Part shown: one piece after another, positions 1 to 12,588 of the stretch | Layout: every line of letters starts with the position of its first letter | Position numbering within the stretch: the first letter of the stretch is position 1 | DNA from: Utricularia gibba | Taxonomy: Eukaryota > Plantae > Magnoliophyta | Length of the DNA stretch: 64,000 nt | Direction of reading: 5' to 3' | Assembly (NCBI GenBank): GCA_002189035.1 | Contig: NEEC01000002.1 | Span: 3,596,001-3,660,000, forward strand | The notes under the pieces: model-generated | What the model was told of the DNA's origin: nothing | Databases searched by the model: none | What the model saw: the letters and a program-made list of their open reading frames with translations, nothing else | Program-made: the position numbers and the translations under genes

Positions 1-434
1 ATTAATATAAGAATATATAAAATTCTAAAAAAATGTGTGTACATTTTTTTGGAAGTAAATGGAATTATTTGCATATTTAGAAGTAATTATTTAGATATAA
101 ATTTTCATAAATAAATAAAAATTTATTATAATAAACGATTTATTATTATAAAACTGAAATATTGTTAAAATATGAGACAAGAAAAAATTTAAATATTACA
201 TAAGAAAAAATAATTTTAAAAAGATTTAAAACACAACAAATAGATTGAAACTTATATTATCACTTTGTTCTTTTCAATATTAATTTTCACCACCTTACAT
301 CATTATTATTATCCTCTATAAATCACATCTAGATAATATAAAATATTTTCTCATTTTCTATGTTAAAACAAACTAGTGAAGACTAAAACAATAGCAATTA
401 TGCAACCAAGAAATAATATATTATTTTAGTAATT

Positions 435-464
435 CATCTCATCTCATCTCATCTCATCTCATCT
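435..464. repeat. (CATCT)6 pentanucleotide microsatellite
   Basis: Six perfect CATCT units read directly. Confidence 0.9.
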
Positions 465-829
465 ACGCCGTTCTATCCTTTTTGGGAGATTTCATCTCAT
501 CTAAGCTACAATTCTTTCAATAATATATTATTTTAGTAATATTCTGAATAGTTTAAAAAATTCAATTCTTTCAGAATTTATACATGCTAAAAATCAAAGT
601 TAAGTGAAATGATAGGTTTTATTCGATTTTGGATTTTTTAAATAAAATATAAGAAATTATACTTTAATCTTCACATTCGTACTTAGGTAAAATTTCTATT
701 CTATTTCTATTTTTAACATTATTATTTCTCATTTAATATTTTATAATTTTAATCTTTCATTTTAGATGATCAAAAATATCTTCTAGATGAGATATATAAT
801 GATAAAAGACACATTAATCAAACTTATGA

Positions 830-2960
830 GACCCCAATAACCTATATCGAAGGGTCTGAATTGGAGAGGGCAATATATGATGATAATGATCCCTCAAACA
901 TCAATGAATCTGATTCAAAGTATAATGAAATTTCAGTGATTCTCGATCATCCCTCAAAAATGGGTTTTCAAATGCAATCGAATCACCAGATCTTATAGTC
1001 TTCATGTATGTTGATGATATTGGTATACCCATCTATAAGCATTTATATACCAAAAAATCAATTCAATTACGACAAAAGATGCATTTTTTAGATAAATAGG
1101 CTCTTATTGATATAGTTGCTTTCTACAAGACGTTTATAGCACACACAGAGAGACCCACGTTGTGGCAAGCAACAAAAAGATATATGCTTACATTTGTTGT
1201 CAGATGAAAGAAAGAACTTCTAATTGCCATTCTATCTTTCGACAAGACTTCAAATACAATCAAATATTTGGAAGAACCGCATACGTGCAATATCACAGTT
1301 GACATTGCAACATTCAATGTTAACCTTACAACTAAGTTTATTGTACTACATTTAGTCAAGCTTATGGATGGAAAGATAAATGTTAAGTTTGTGCAAACCT
1401 ATGTAAAACAGCAATGACATTATGATATATCTTATTGACATACATGATTGTGTAGAACCAGAGCTAACAAGATTCATTATGGAACATGGAAAACTTCTAC
1501 TAGTCTTATCACGATATCAAAGAAAAGATCATCATATGACATCATAGAAAAGATCAAGACAGGAAGAAGGTGTTCCGAAATGTGTTTTATGATTTTGGAT
1601 TTTGCTATTGAAGGATTTCAATATTGATGACCTGTGCTTTGTATTGATGCGACTCACATATATGGACAATATAATTACAAGTTTTTGGTTTATAATGATA
1701 TTGATGCTAACAACCGTGTTTTTCCCAGTCACCTATGCATTCGTGTACGGAGAATCAACTAAGGATTGGAAATTTTTCCTCCATAATCTTGCCAATCATG
1801 TTATTCATCATCGGAAACATGTCTATACTATCAGTGATTGTGGTTCTGATTTAATTGGTGCTTGTAATAGTTACAAGCACTTTAACATTGATGGTGCAGT
1901 TTCTATATCATTAAAAATTGTATGTCGTACATTTATTTGAAATCAAAGGGTTTGAAACAATGGATTGAAAGAGCTTCTTATGCTAGAACCAAAATTGATT
2001 TCAGTATGGTCATGAGCGAGATAGCAAGACATTTGATTGAGACATATCACTATTTAGAAAGAATACCCAATGAGGAGTGAACATTGCTTTACGATTGTGG
2101 ATATTGTTAAAAAATTTTCTATTTTGTTAGTTTTATTTACTTTAGCTAATTACACATTTAGCTTTAGAAAGAATCAGAAATTATGGATTTATTGTTAGTA
2201 CCAAACATTTTTTGTATTGACTGCGATTTTCGATTCATCCTTTTCTTTGTGAAATTGCTTCAAAAGTTAAAGCATACATTGAAATATGTGATATCACCAT
2301 CAATTGTAAACATTAGCATTTGTTTACCACTATCGCATAAGGATTACATGAATGCTACAATACATAATGGACAAGTTTCATATGAGTGATATCATAGATG
2401 AGCACACAAATCCCCATTCTTAGAGTTATCATAGGGGGACCTTGATTCGTTTGACATTATTAAATATATTTTTTAATTGATTTTATTATTTTTCAAAAGT
2501 GTTGGTTAATTTTTTTATATTTTGATTGATAAACATTAGTTAAGTTTGTATTACTTATTTTTTATGAAGGTATCAATCAGTTAGATAAAACATCAAGATT
2601 CTTCTTCATGTTCGACATTTGAAATGATTAGAAGTTGAGCCATCATTTATAGACACTCAAAATACTAGACGTATTTGGTGTGATACTAAAAGGAATGCAT
2701 CTCGACAACAATAATTTTCAGAAATTCCAAATGTCCAAAATATGACACGAGACATTCTGATGCTCAATGTTGTTTCATCTTTATCACATGTTGACGACAT
2801 GTGCAAGATGACATATTACTTATTATTAAGTAATTTATATAAATTAAATATCTTTTTATCCTATATTTACATTTTCAATTACAAGAAAATACTATATGTG
2901 TTACAATTGAAGTTATTGAAGGCACAATCAAAGATTGAAAGATTGACAACTACTCTTTAA
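830..2960 (+). mobile_element. Decayed Mutator-like (MULE/MuDR) transposase remnant
   Basis: ORF 1602-1940 contains FFPVTYAFVYGESTKDWKFFLHNL...TISD, matching the MULE transposase FPxAFAxVxxExxxxWxWFL...ISD segment. Surrounding frames are broken by stops and frameshifts. Boundaries are approximate; TIRs were not identified. Confidence 0.65.
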
Positions 2961-4260
2961 AGCTACAAAGAAAGAACTAGAAGTTTTATTATATCACCTT
3001 TTTTTTTTTTCACGATGTGCTAAAAATTATTCATTTTAGATATTAATGGGTTACTAGCTGATATCGTCTATCATAACAATAGACAAGAACCTATGACTCT
3101 ATATATGATTAAGGGACGAGGAGATTAGTGTATTTACTTGTTTCATTTTTTTCAAATTGTATTTAAATAATTATTTTTTTATATTATATTTAAGACCATA
3201 TTCTCAATCTTTCTTGGAGTGATGTATGATAAATTTTGATGTTGGAATATGATCATTGATAGTAATGTAAGCTCCTAATCACATATTGTATCATACGAGT
3301 ATATTGATTTATTTTGTATGTAATGATTAAAAATATTTTTTGTGATACAAATATTCTCAAGTTATTTGTAAAATACATTCTTGGAGATTGCATCAAAGAC
3401 AAATTAGGTTTTTTATGAAATCAAATCAATTGTATAGTCACTTTCGAGAGATGGATTGACAATGAATATGGTATCATGAAGTTTAAATATTTATGGTATA
3501 TTTGGACGAATGAAATATTGAAGACAAATACAATTCTACCAATACATTACTAGTAAATGACTCATTGTATAAATCGAATTTAAACCCAGTTAATGTCTTT
3601 AATTATTTATTGAATTTATTTATTTTTAATTTTTTTTAATAAACTTCTCTAATGCAATTTCTCTTAATTAACAATGCAATTTTTCCTACGTTATGGAATT
3701 GCATTCAAAGTACAGACAATTTGCTTGTCTTTACAATGTGTTCCGTTTGTTTCTTTAGGGTATTCTTAACATAGATGATGTAAAAAATTATGTTAATGAA
3801 TTTTGGTTTGATCAAAAGCTGATTGATGAGACATATCCACATTGGCATATCTATAAACTGATTATTCAACGTCATATATATTGATTAATATTATTTTTCA
3901 AGTAATGAAATATCAATTGTATATTTTTGAATACTTATATGTTGTTTGATGATGAGTTAACTTTGGACAATCTCATGAGACCCACTACAAATTGTGAAGT
4001 GCTGCTAGAACATTCTACATGCAGTGAAGAAAAAGAACCGGGGAGGAGCTTGAGAAAACAGTGGGTGAGTGACCATGTGTTGAGCTAAAATATTAGTCCA
4101 CAGCGTATTGGAGAAAGACTATATATGGGCTCATACCTAGCAGCCCAAGTCTGTTTTTAAGGAAAAGATCGACCCCATATTGACCCAAATTACATGACAA
4201 TAGTAACCTACAAAGCTGGTATACACCTACACCTATCCAAAGATTACAAAATAACATTCC

Positions 4261-4477
4261 ATAAAGTAGTTAAAAAAAAGTAGAATGATACTTTTTCTAT
4301 AAAAAAATATTAAGTAATTTGATATTAAAAATAGAATTTATATTACAATAGACTAAACATGATTAAGAAATAAATTCTACTTCTTTTTAAAAATAACTTA
4401 TCATTCTACTTTTTTTTAACTACTTCTCATTTTATCAAAATTAGAATTTATTTCAAAAAGTTATACAGAACAAGCTC
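4261..4477. mobile_element. PIF/Harbinger (Tourist-like) MITE remnant
   Basis: Ends in GAACAAGCTC (4468-4477) followed by TAA, a Harbinger-type terminus and target. Internal inverted repeat AAGTAGTTAAAAAAAAGTAGAATGA (about 4264-4288) pairs with TCATTCTACTTTTTTTTAACTACTT (about 4401-4425). The left terminus was not found. Confidence 0.45.
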
Positions 4478-4534
4478 TAAGTGCTTCAAAGACTTTGAAC
4501 ATTGCTAGAAATTGATTCTACAAAGCTGGACTAA

Positions 4535-5421
4535 CACCAACTGCTCCCGTCTTGGTTTGTTAGTCTACCTCTAAACCAAGCATCTAAATTGTGAAACTAT
4601 TTGCTTCCCTCCTTAGGTCTACCCATGGTTTGTTAGAAACAAGAGTTAAGGAATACATATAAATTTCATCATCAAACCTAAGCACACACCACATCACTTC
4701 ACCTTAAGGCATCCCTAAGACTCTATCCACTCATGTTTGGGAAATAAAACACGATTTCATTCATATAAGTTGGCCAAAATGGCAGAAACATTGTAAACAA
4801 GTCAAATGCAGAAACTCGAAATGTTCAGAAAACTAGAAAGTAAATAAAGATTGTCCTTCCGCCCGTTAGCTACTGTTCACAGCCGGAACAGTAGCGCTTG
4901 ACTAGGCTCCGGTGCTACTCTTGGTGGTGAAGGCCCTCCTTCCCCCTTCTGGTTGGTGTTTTTCACGTTGGGGAAGAAGACCCCCCTTTGTGTCCCCCTT
5001 CAATGTTCGCTTCTTCGTGCTCTCCTTCATTTTCGAAATAATTTTCCCTTTTGCTTCACTCCATTGCACTGTTCCTGACTACCAGTACTGTTTCTGACCA
5101 CCAGTACTGCTCCTGGCCTGAACTTGCAGACTGCAGTGGCAGCAGAACAATGCTCTTTGTCCTTTGCCAGATTTTGCGTCCTTTTTCGCTTGTTTTACAC
5201 GCTTGCAAGTTTGATTTTCGGCCCATCTCCCTGCTGAATTTACTAAAACATCAGTAACAAGAGTTGTGGACTAAATCAAAGGATTTAGTCCACTTTTCAC
5301 ATAATCACATGAGATTAACATGAACACCACTAAAACATGAAAAACCACATTTATCTAACCTAAACCATAATAAAATATAACTATTTTGCATTATAAATTT
5401 CAGGAAAAATGTGTGTCATCA
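4535..5421 (-). mobile_element. Truncated Ty3/gypsy (Athila-like) LTR, same family as 16431-17849
   Basis: Colinear similarity to about 16955-17849, for example GGACTAACACC...CCTCCTTAGGTCTACCCATG...GCATCCCTAAG...AGCTACTGTTCA. Ends TGTCATCA at 5421. The left part is missing. Confidence 0.7.
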
Positions 5422-6275
5422 AGTACTCTATTATAGGAGTAACAAAATTTCTACCCTCTCTTACACTCTCTTGCAAGAAGGCATGGGAATAGCTCGATGT
5501 TGCTCCTCTTTGGATGAACATGAAGATAAGAGGTCTTGCCGTCATACCCTCACAATCGAATTGCATGCGTATGCCCGAGTGTTGCCAATGACTTAATGAA
5601 TAAAGATACGAGGTCACTATCTGTCCAATGATCCTGAGATACAACCACAGACAAAACGAAAGGGAGATCATCTAACGAATCATGGATTTTGAAGTATCTC
5701 AACCCAAAACAGAAGTTTCTAGCCGCGAACGACCATACAAGTTAAGGAAAACGAAAGTAGATTCTAGAGAGAAGTTAGAGGAAAATTCTTCTAGAGAGAT
5801 AAAAATAAAAGTCAAAACTAAAACTAAGAAAGTGAATTCTCCCCCTCATTGTTTGAACTGAAATTCAATAAAAGTCTGAGTTTTCGTGTCTCCTTAGTCT
5901 TGCTGTGAATTGGAGTATCTTGCAAGAAAGCTTCTGTTCGAACGCTAGTATACTAATGATTTTGTCTGTCAGAGACTCCCGTGTACCGCACATCAAGGCT
6001 CATGATTAGGCATCTGCAGTCTTCCGGAAATCAAGGAGATGTCAGTTCGGGAAGATCCATTTTATCGCCATATGTTGCCTTCCTTCTCTCACTTCATACC
6101 ACGTGTGCACCTCTAAAAAAACTTAAACAACACTAGATAAAATATAAGATTTAGGAAAATTACCCTAAACTAGTTAAAAACCTAAATCTTATATTATAAA
6201 CTATTAACTAAACAATTATATTCATATTTAGACATAAAAAGAACACAAAAGATAGTGAGAAAATGATACTTAACA
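5422..6275 (-). mobile_element. Truncated Athila-like LTR, related to 20688-21694 and to the LTRs of the 27-38.7 kb element
   Basis: Shares the block TACACTCTCTTGCAAG...ATACCCTCACAAT...GTGTTGCCAATGAC with about 21045-21160, plus CTGAGTTTTCGTGTCTCC. Ends AAATGATACTTAACA, like AAATGACACTTAACA at 38694. Confidence 0.7.
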
Positions 6276-6279
6276 TATC

Positions 6280-7060
6280 TCCTTCATTGATTTATCAATT
6301 ATGTCACTATTGGTAGAACGACGATCTTTGCGTTTTTTTGATGAAGAATTTTCACCCTCGTTCGATATCGGAATCGAACCTTGTCTAAGAGGAGGTGTAT
6401 CAAGGTCATCAATAGGAGTGAAATCCCAATCAAACCTGAGTCCTCAATCGGTTGGAAATCATGATTTTCATCGAGGTCTTGAGGAAGAATACCAGAATTT
6501 GGTGTATAGCTATGCTCCTCATATGCAATGATACCATCAAAAAGTTTTTCTTGGATCTCAAGGTGTGGTGGTGGTCCATCATGATATTTCTTCGCATCTG
6601 GATTCTCCTAGACATAGAGAAAAACATCAAATAATGAATAAATTCAAATAATGAAGTATACATCAATAAGTACTAGTATATAAATATGATCGTACCGCAA
6701 TTCTTTCATTCCACCACTCTTCTTCACCCAAAATTGTATTTTTTCACAATCCCAACCAGTACATGTCCAATTTTTTAGCCGATTCCACAATGTCCATAAA
6801 CCTCATAGTTCTGTCCATTTGTTCTTTATTTGCTTCATTGTGTACTCATCACATGTCTTATTATTTAGATTTTTCAGTATATTGTTCCATCCTTGCTTGT
6901 TAAAAGAAGTTGTTGGTCTGTTTTCTGCCTCAATTTTAGTTAAGCAAATCTCCAAGAGCAAGAGAATATGTACAAATATCTTGTCGTATTTTGCACTTGG
7001 TTTCTTGAGGGGTAATTTCACTCTACCGATAGAATTATCCATCAGAATTAGCAGTTGGTG
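6280..7060 (-). pseudogene. PIF/Harbinger ORF1 (Myb/SANT-like DNA-binding protein) remnant
   Basis: NRPTTSFNKQGWNNILKNLNNKTCDEYTMKQIKNKWTEL, then after a frameshift LWNRLKNWTCTGWDCEKNTILGEEEWWNERIA. This is the typical plant Harbinger Myb/SANT signature. Confidence 0.75.
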
Positions 7061-7209
7061 TGAATTTGGTTTCTGTACCTATCAAGTAAGTTTGAATAAA
7101 TATAAATTTCCATAGTTCAAATATGAAGTAATCAAAATGCATTTATGATCATTTAAAGTTAACAAACAAGAATAAAATGGAATTAAAGTAAACCACAACA
7201 TGCAATTAA

Positions 7210-7510
7210 TTGTGATGTTGTGCACGTAGGTGTTGAACAATAAAGTGACCACATTCTTTAACTTGTTAGGAATTCTCTCAAAAGCCCATTTTGCCATCGC
7301 CATATCCCTGTTTTTAGCATACTCGTTGATCATCTTGTTCCAAGTGATGGATGTCCTTTTGGGCATTCTCTGAAACAAATCCCATGCAAGACGCGTATTT
7401 CCTTCCTTAGTGTATCCCCCAATTATGGCGTTCCAAATTACCACATACCTTTGAGGAATAACATCGAACACCTTCCTCAACCTCACAACATCCCCACATT
7501 TACTGTAGAT
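7210..7510 (-). pseudogene. Fragment of a PLS-class pentatricopeptide repeat (PPR) gene, about 2.5 motifs
   Basis: YSKCGDVVRLRKVFDVIPQRYVVIWNAIIGGYTKEGNTRLAWDLFQRMPKRTSITWNKMINEYAKNRDMAMAKWAFERIPNKLKNVVT. No further PPR sequence on either side. Confidence 0.85.
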
Positions 7511-9570
7511 ATTGGCCGGATAAAGTAATCACTATTACATGACTTACTCACATTATTTAGCAACTCATTCATATTTCAGATATGAAATGTAGAGAAAACT
7601 AATAGACTTAAATCAAGCATTATTCATTTAGATTGATGAAGGACTGAAAAATAGAGGGAAAAAATTACTAATCGTTTGGAAACTAATAGGAGCACTAATT
7701 TCATGCTGAAACTTCAAGCGTCCATGAAATTTGAAGATGAATGCTGTGCTTCTTAGGGTTTGTTGCTGAAATCCCCTTCCATTCGTTGTTGGCTTTAGAA
7801 GGGTATTCTAGTGAATGCAACTTAAGAAGTAAAAGTTAAGAGAAGAAGTAGCCCATGTGCTACTTCTCATTTATTAAAAAAAGAAGTAATAGTAGAAGCA
7901 GATTGTGTAGAGAGAAGATAAGTAGAATGAAATATTATTCTATAAATAAGTTTACCTCTCTTTTTTTTTTAAAAAAAAGTAGAATTTATATAATCAAAAG
8001 TTATGTCGAACATATATTTAGTCTCCTAATTAGTGAACTACAAATTCTTTACATTACATTCATAGCATATTGTTTATATTATATATTTTAGTCATGTTTC
8101 ATATTCAAATTATTTTTTAAATTATTATAATTTATTTATAATTATAAAACATTTTTACATAAAATTAACTCTTTTTATGTGTAGTAAATAAGTAATTTAC
8201 TTGTAATTTAAAATGGTTTTGAAAAATAATTGAAATTAAGTATCGTATGAAAATTGATTATCATTTTTATTTTATATTAGTTGTTACAATTATCCATTTT
8301 TTGTAATTTTTACTTATCAATTATTTTTCATACATGTTCAATTTCACTTGAAAGTAATTGGAAATATTTAAATATTTTTGTAATTCAGTTATTTTATTTT
8401 ATAAGCTACCATAATTATATATATTACAATATCATTTATTCATTTGGAAATTATTAATTAAAAAATGACAACAACAAAGTATTGTATAAAATTTTAAATA
8501 TGTTATATATAATTTTAGAATTTTAAAAAATGATATCTTATGAGCAAGTCGGGTTTTATAATATAATATAATTTACGAATTAAGTAAGAAAAAGTAATTT
8601 TTTTAAAATATATTATATATAATTTTAAAATTGTAGTATCGGTATTATGTAAAGTAAAAAATAAAAAAATAAAGGAATTTAAAAATTAGAAAAAAAATTG
8701 AGATAAAATGCCAAACAAAAACTTTAACACATGTAAACCACCAATTCTCTCATATTCAACCATTGCATCTTACACTGGTACAAAGACGTACACTCCATCC
8801 CAATCCTTTTAATGCTCAACAACCGAACTTGGCCCCCTCTTGTATTGCACAAGAATATGTATCTCGCTTTGTTAAGAGCACATGACACACACTTGGTACT
8901 GATCCTATGCGTAGTAGCACCTACGAGCAATTCATCCCTTCCGCTTCTCTTAGTGATTGGAAACAATTTTTGAGAATAAACCATATTGCTTTCTTCCTCC
9001 TCTCGTCTCGTACTTGTTCTAACATTTTCTTTTCATCCATATCTTTTAGGAACTTCAACTATGAGTCTTAGCAATGCCTCAAGCCATTCTTCTGTCTATC
9101 ATATCGTGTTCAACACATCTTTCCATGCTAAAATAACTTTCAAATTCTTTTTAAAATTGTTTTATATTGTAATTATAGTGATTTCTTAATTTTTTTAATC
9201 AATTTATATTCTATGGTATGATAAGCACTTTTGATTTTTTTAATTTCCAGATTATCGATTATGTGACTTTTTTAATGTTTAATATAAATCAAGTTCAACA
9301 TAAAATTAATTATTTGTGAAAAAAAAAGACAAAAACAAAATTTTTTGACTACAACAAACAAGGAATTGGTTTTTCTTATAAACCTTAGCTTTGCATCAAT
9401 ATATTCAAAAAAATAACTTCAGTCACAAATGATTTATATTAGAGACATGGTCGATATTTTCCCCATTTTTATTTATTTTCTTCCAAGACGTATTTTTAAA
9501 TAATGAAATAGGAGCCTTATGTTGGGAGGCATCTAACAGCGAATATGCTTTTTTGGAATGCCCATTAATC

Positions 9571-9576
9571 CACGTG
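9571..9576. promoter_or_regulatory. G-box/ABRE-like CACGTG (CCACGTGGC) in the enolase proximal promoter
   Basis: Motif about 145 bp upstream of the enolase ATG, at the start of the GC-rich promoter/UTR patch. Function is inferred only. Confidence 0.4.
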
Positions 9577-9717
9577 GCAGGCGGCGTAAACATCGACGGC
9601 GGGTATTGGCCGGGGTCTTCTTTAAGTACTGGACGAGATGCCGCAATCGCTGCTGAAGCCGCTCTCCGGTGCAACTCTCCACACTACAATTCTCGTTTAC
9701 GTCTTTCTCTCCCTGTA

Positions 9718-12588
9718 ATGGCTACGATAAAATCCGTTCATGCGCGTCAGATCTTCGACAGCCGTGGAAATCCTACCGTTGAGGTAAGCGCTCCGCAGAC
9801 GATTTGTGGTGTATTTTTCCAGATCTGTTTTGGAGTGTTGTGCCGGCATTTATTTATTTTTCTTTTCCAGTTTTGTTCTGGGTGATAGATTTGAATATAT
9901 TGGCTCTATAGAAGTATTTTATGTATGTTGCATGGACCGGATTGGTGCGAAATCATACGCCGAAACAACTGTAGGTTGATGTTCATCTCTCCAACGGAAT
10001 CTCTGCTAGAGCTGCTGTTCCCAGTGGTGCATCAACCGGTAGAGGGATTTTTTGAACGCAGACGCGATTCTTTTATTCTCATCATTTAACTTTTTCTTTT
10101 GTTTTTTGGAAAGCACATTACTGTCTTTTTCTCTCTCGGATATGTTTTGTATTAGGAATGTTAACTTTGACCTGCCTTCAACTCTCCTGTTTTTAAAGGA
10201 ATCTACGAGGCTCTTGAGTTGAGGGATGGAGGATCAGATTACCTTGGAAAAGGTGTATCGAAGGTGACTACATATGTGGATGGTTCACTATGTTCTGTGT
10301 TGGGATGTCAAATCAATTGTGGTCACTGCTTCGTTTCTCCGTTGCAGGCAGTTAATAACGTGAATACCATAATTGCACCCGCGCTCATTGGAAGGGTTCG
10401 TTTGTGATTTTATCCCAGTTCTTATCGTTCAAGTGACTCTTGATGTTTGCTCTAATGAAAAATCTTTGTCGTTTCCTTCACAGAATCCCGCAGAACAAAC
10501 TGCTATTGATAATTTTATGGTTCAAGAACTCGACGGAACTCAAAATGATTGGGGCTGGTGCAAACAAAAGGTTTCAACCCTCACTTTTATCTCACTCTTC
10601 TATTTAAGGTCTACAATTTGACCTGAACTTTGTAATGTATTGTGACTTGGGATACAGCTTGGAGCAAATGCCATTCTGGCCGTGTCTCTTGCAGTTTGTA
10701 AAGCTGGCGCTGCTTTGCTAGGTGTTCCTTTGTATAAGGTAAGTTGCATCCTGGATTATTGACTTTGGTAGATGCTATCATTGTCGTAATTTTTGACAAC
10801 GTGCTTTTTTACCGTTGGGAACAAACTTGAAGTATAACATTTCTGCATTTGGCATGTTAATTCAAACGCTTTCTCTGTTGCAGCACATAGCCAACCTAGC
10901 TGGAAACAAGAAGCTGGTTCTCCCCGTTCCCGCCTTTAATGTGATCAATGGTGGATCACATGCTGGAAACAAACTTGCCATGCAGGAATTCATGATTCTT
11001 CCTGTTGGGGCATCTTCTTTCAAGGAGGCCATGAAGATGGGCGTTGAAGTATATCACAATTTGAAGGCAATAACCATATATTACTCTGTTTTCTATCTTT
11101 CGTAGCTCATGAAAAATCGAAAATAGAGTTGGAAATATATCTCTCTTTGTTTAGTTTTTTTTTTATTTCATGAAAATTCTCATAAATCTCTTGAGTTTTG
11201 ACAATAAAATTCTTCTACGCTAACCCGTTTTCTTATACCAAACCTCTTTTGGCTTCAGTCTGTTATTAAGAAGAAATATGGACAAGATGCAACTAATGTT
11301 GGTGATGAGGGTGGTTTTGCTCCCAACATTCAGGTAATGTGGCATCGATTGCTTATTACACTGTAGCATAAGACATCCTCAATTATATCTTTTGTTTCCC
11401 TTCAGGAAAACAAGGAAGGCCTGGAACTTCTAAAGACAGCTATTGAAAAGGCAGGATACACTGGAAAAGTAATGCTTTTATCCCTTCACTGGTTTGTAGT
11501 TTAGAGATGCCAAAAATATAAAATTACATCGTTGTTGTTTCAGGTTGTTATCGGTATGGATGTTGCTGCATCTGAGTTTTATGGATCAGACAAGACGTAT
11601 GACTTGAACTTCAAGGAAGAGGTAGGCAACTATTTGGCTATGTTGGATTAGATTTTTGGCGTACCCTGGATCTGCATTGAATGTTTTTATGCCTCTTTCT
11701 CTCTTTTAATTTCAGAATAACGATGGCAAGCAAAAAATCTCTGGCGATCAGCTCAAGGACTTATACAAGTCATTTGTTTCTGAGTACCCTATTGTGTCAA
11801 TTGAGGACCCATTTGACCAGGATGATTGGGAGCACTATTCCAAGCTGACAGCAGAAATCGGAACACAAGTACAAATTGTCGGCGATGATCTTCTTGTCAC
11901 CAACCCCAAGGTAATGACATCGATTTGAGAAGAAGACTAGTTTTGGGGACCAACGAGCTGTCTTGTCATGGTTTCTTCCCTGCAATTATCATGTTTACAG
12001 AGAGTAGGCAAGGCTATCGAGGAAAAATCTTGCAATGCCCTCCTCCTCAAAGTTAATCAAATTGGATCCGTGACCGAGAGCATTGAGGCAGTTAAGATGT
12101 CAAAGCATGCTGGCTGGGGTGTGATGGCCAGTCACCGCAGGTGACAATATTGAGGATTTCCTCATCCAATTCACACAAGATGCTTTCTTCCAATTGTTCT
12201 TGCCCCACTAATGCGACACATATTGGTGCAGTGGGGAGACAGAGGATACCTTCATTGCTGATCTCTCTGTTGGGTTGGCCACCGTAATGCTCGCTCTCTA
12301 CCTCTTGTGTTTCCTGTTCCTGTATTCGTTAAGGATTGCACATACTCACCAAGCCCCCCATAAATCTTGCAGGGCCAGATTAAGACTGGTGCTCCATGCA
12401 GATCAGAACGCCTTGCGAAATACAACCAGGTAGGGGTAGATTGGTTTGTTGATTCACCGTGGCGTTTACGGGCTTTATGAACTTGTGGGCTGTGAATGCG
12501 CGTGCAGTTGTTGAGAATTGAAGAGGAGCTGGGTTCTGAAGCGGTCTATGCGGGAGCCAACTTCCGTCGCCCGGTCGAGCCCTATTAG
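9718..12588 (+). CDS. ENO2: Cytosolic enolase (2-phospho-D-glycerate hydro-lyase), ENO2/LOS2 type, 15 exons, 444 aa
   Basis: Exons 9718-9783, 9975-10038, 10199-10263, 10348-10395, 10484-10570, 10658-10738, 10884-11066, 11259-11333, 11406-11468, 11544-11621, 11716-11910, 12001-12140, 12232-12283, 12373-12429, 12508-12588 sum to 1335 nt with an open frame. Motifs include [61 protein letters not shown] and the plant WGWCK insertion. Intron 7 is GC-AG. Confidence 0.98.

Noticed and set aside
3985-4256. Short TG...CA block as a possible TRIM/Cassandra LTR
   Set aside because: No partner LTR, PBS/PPT, TSD or 5S-like boxes.
8730-9130. Coding-like fragment upstream of enolase (ORF 8724-8984 and neighbouring frames)
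   Set aside because: All frames contain stops and I cannot assign a family. It may be a LINE or other TE relic and needs BLASTX.
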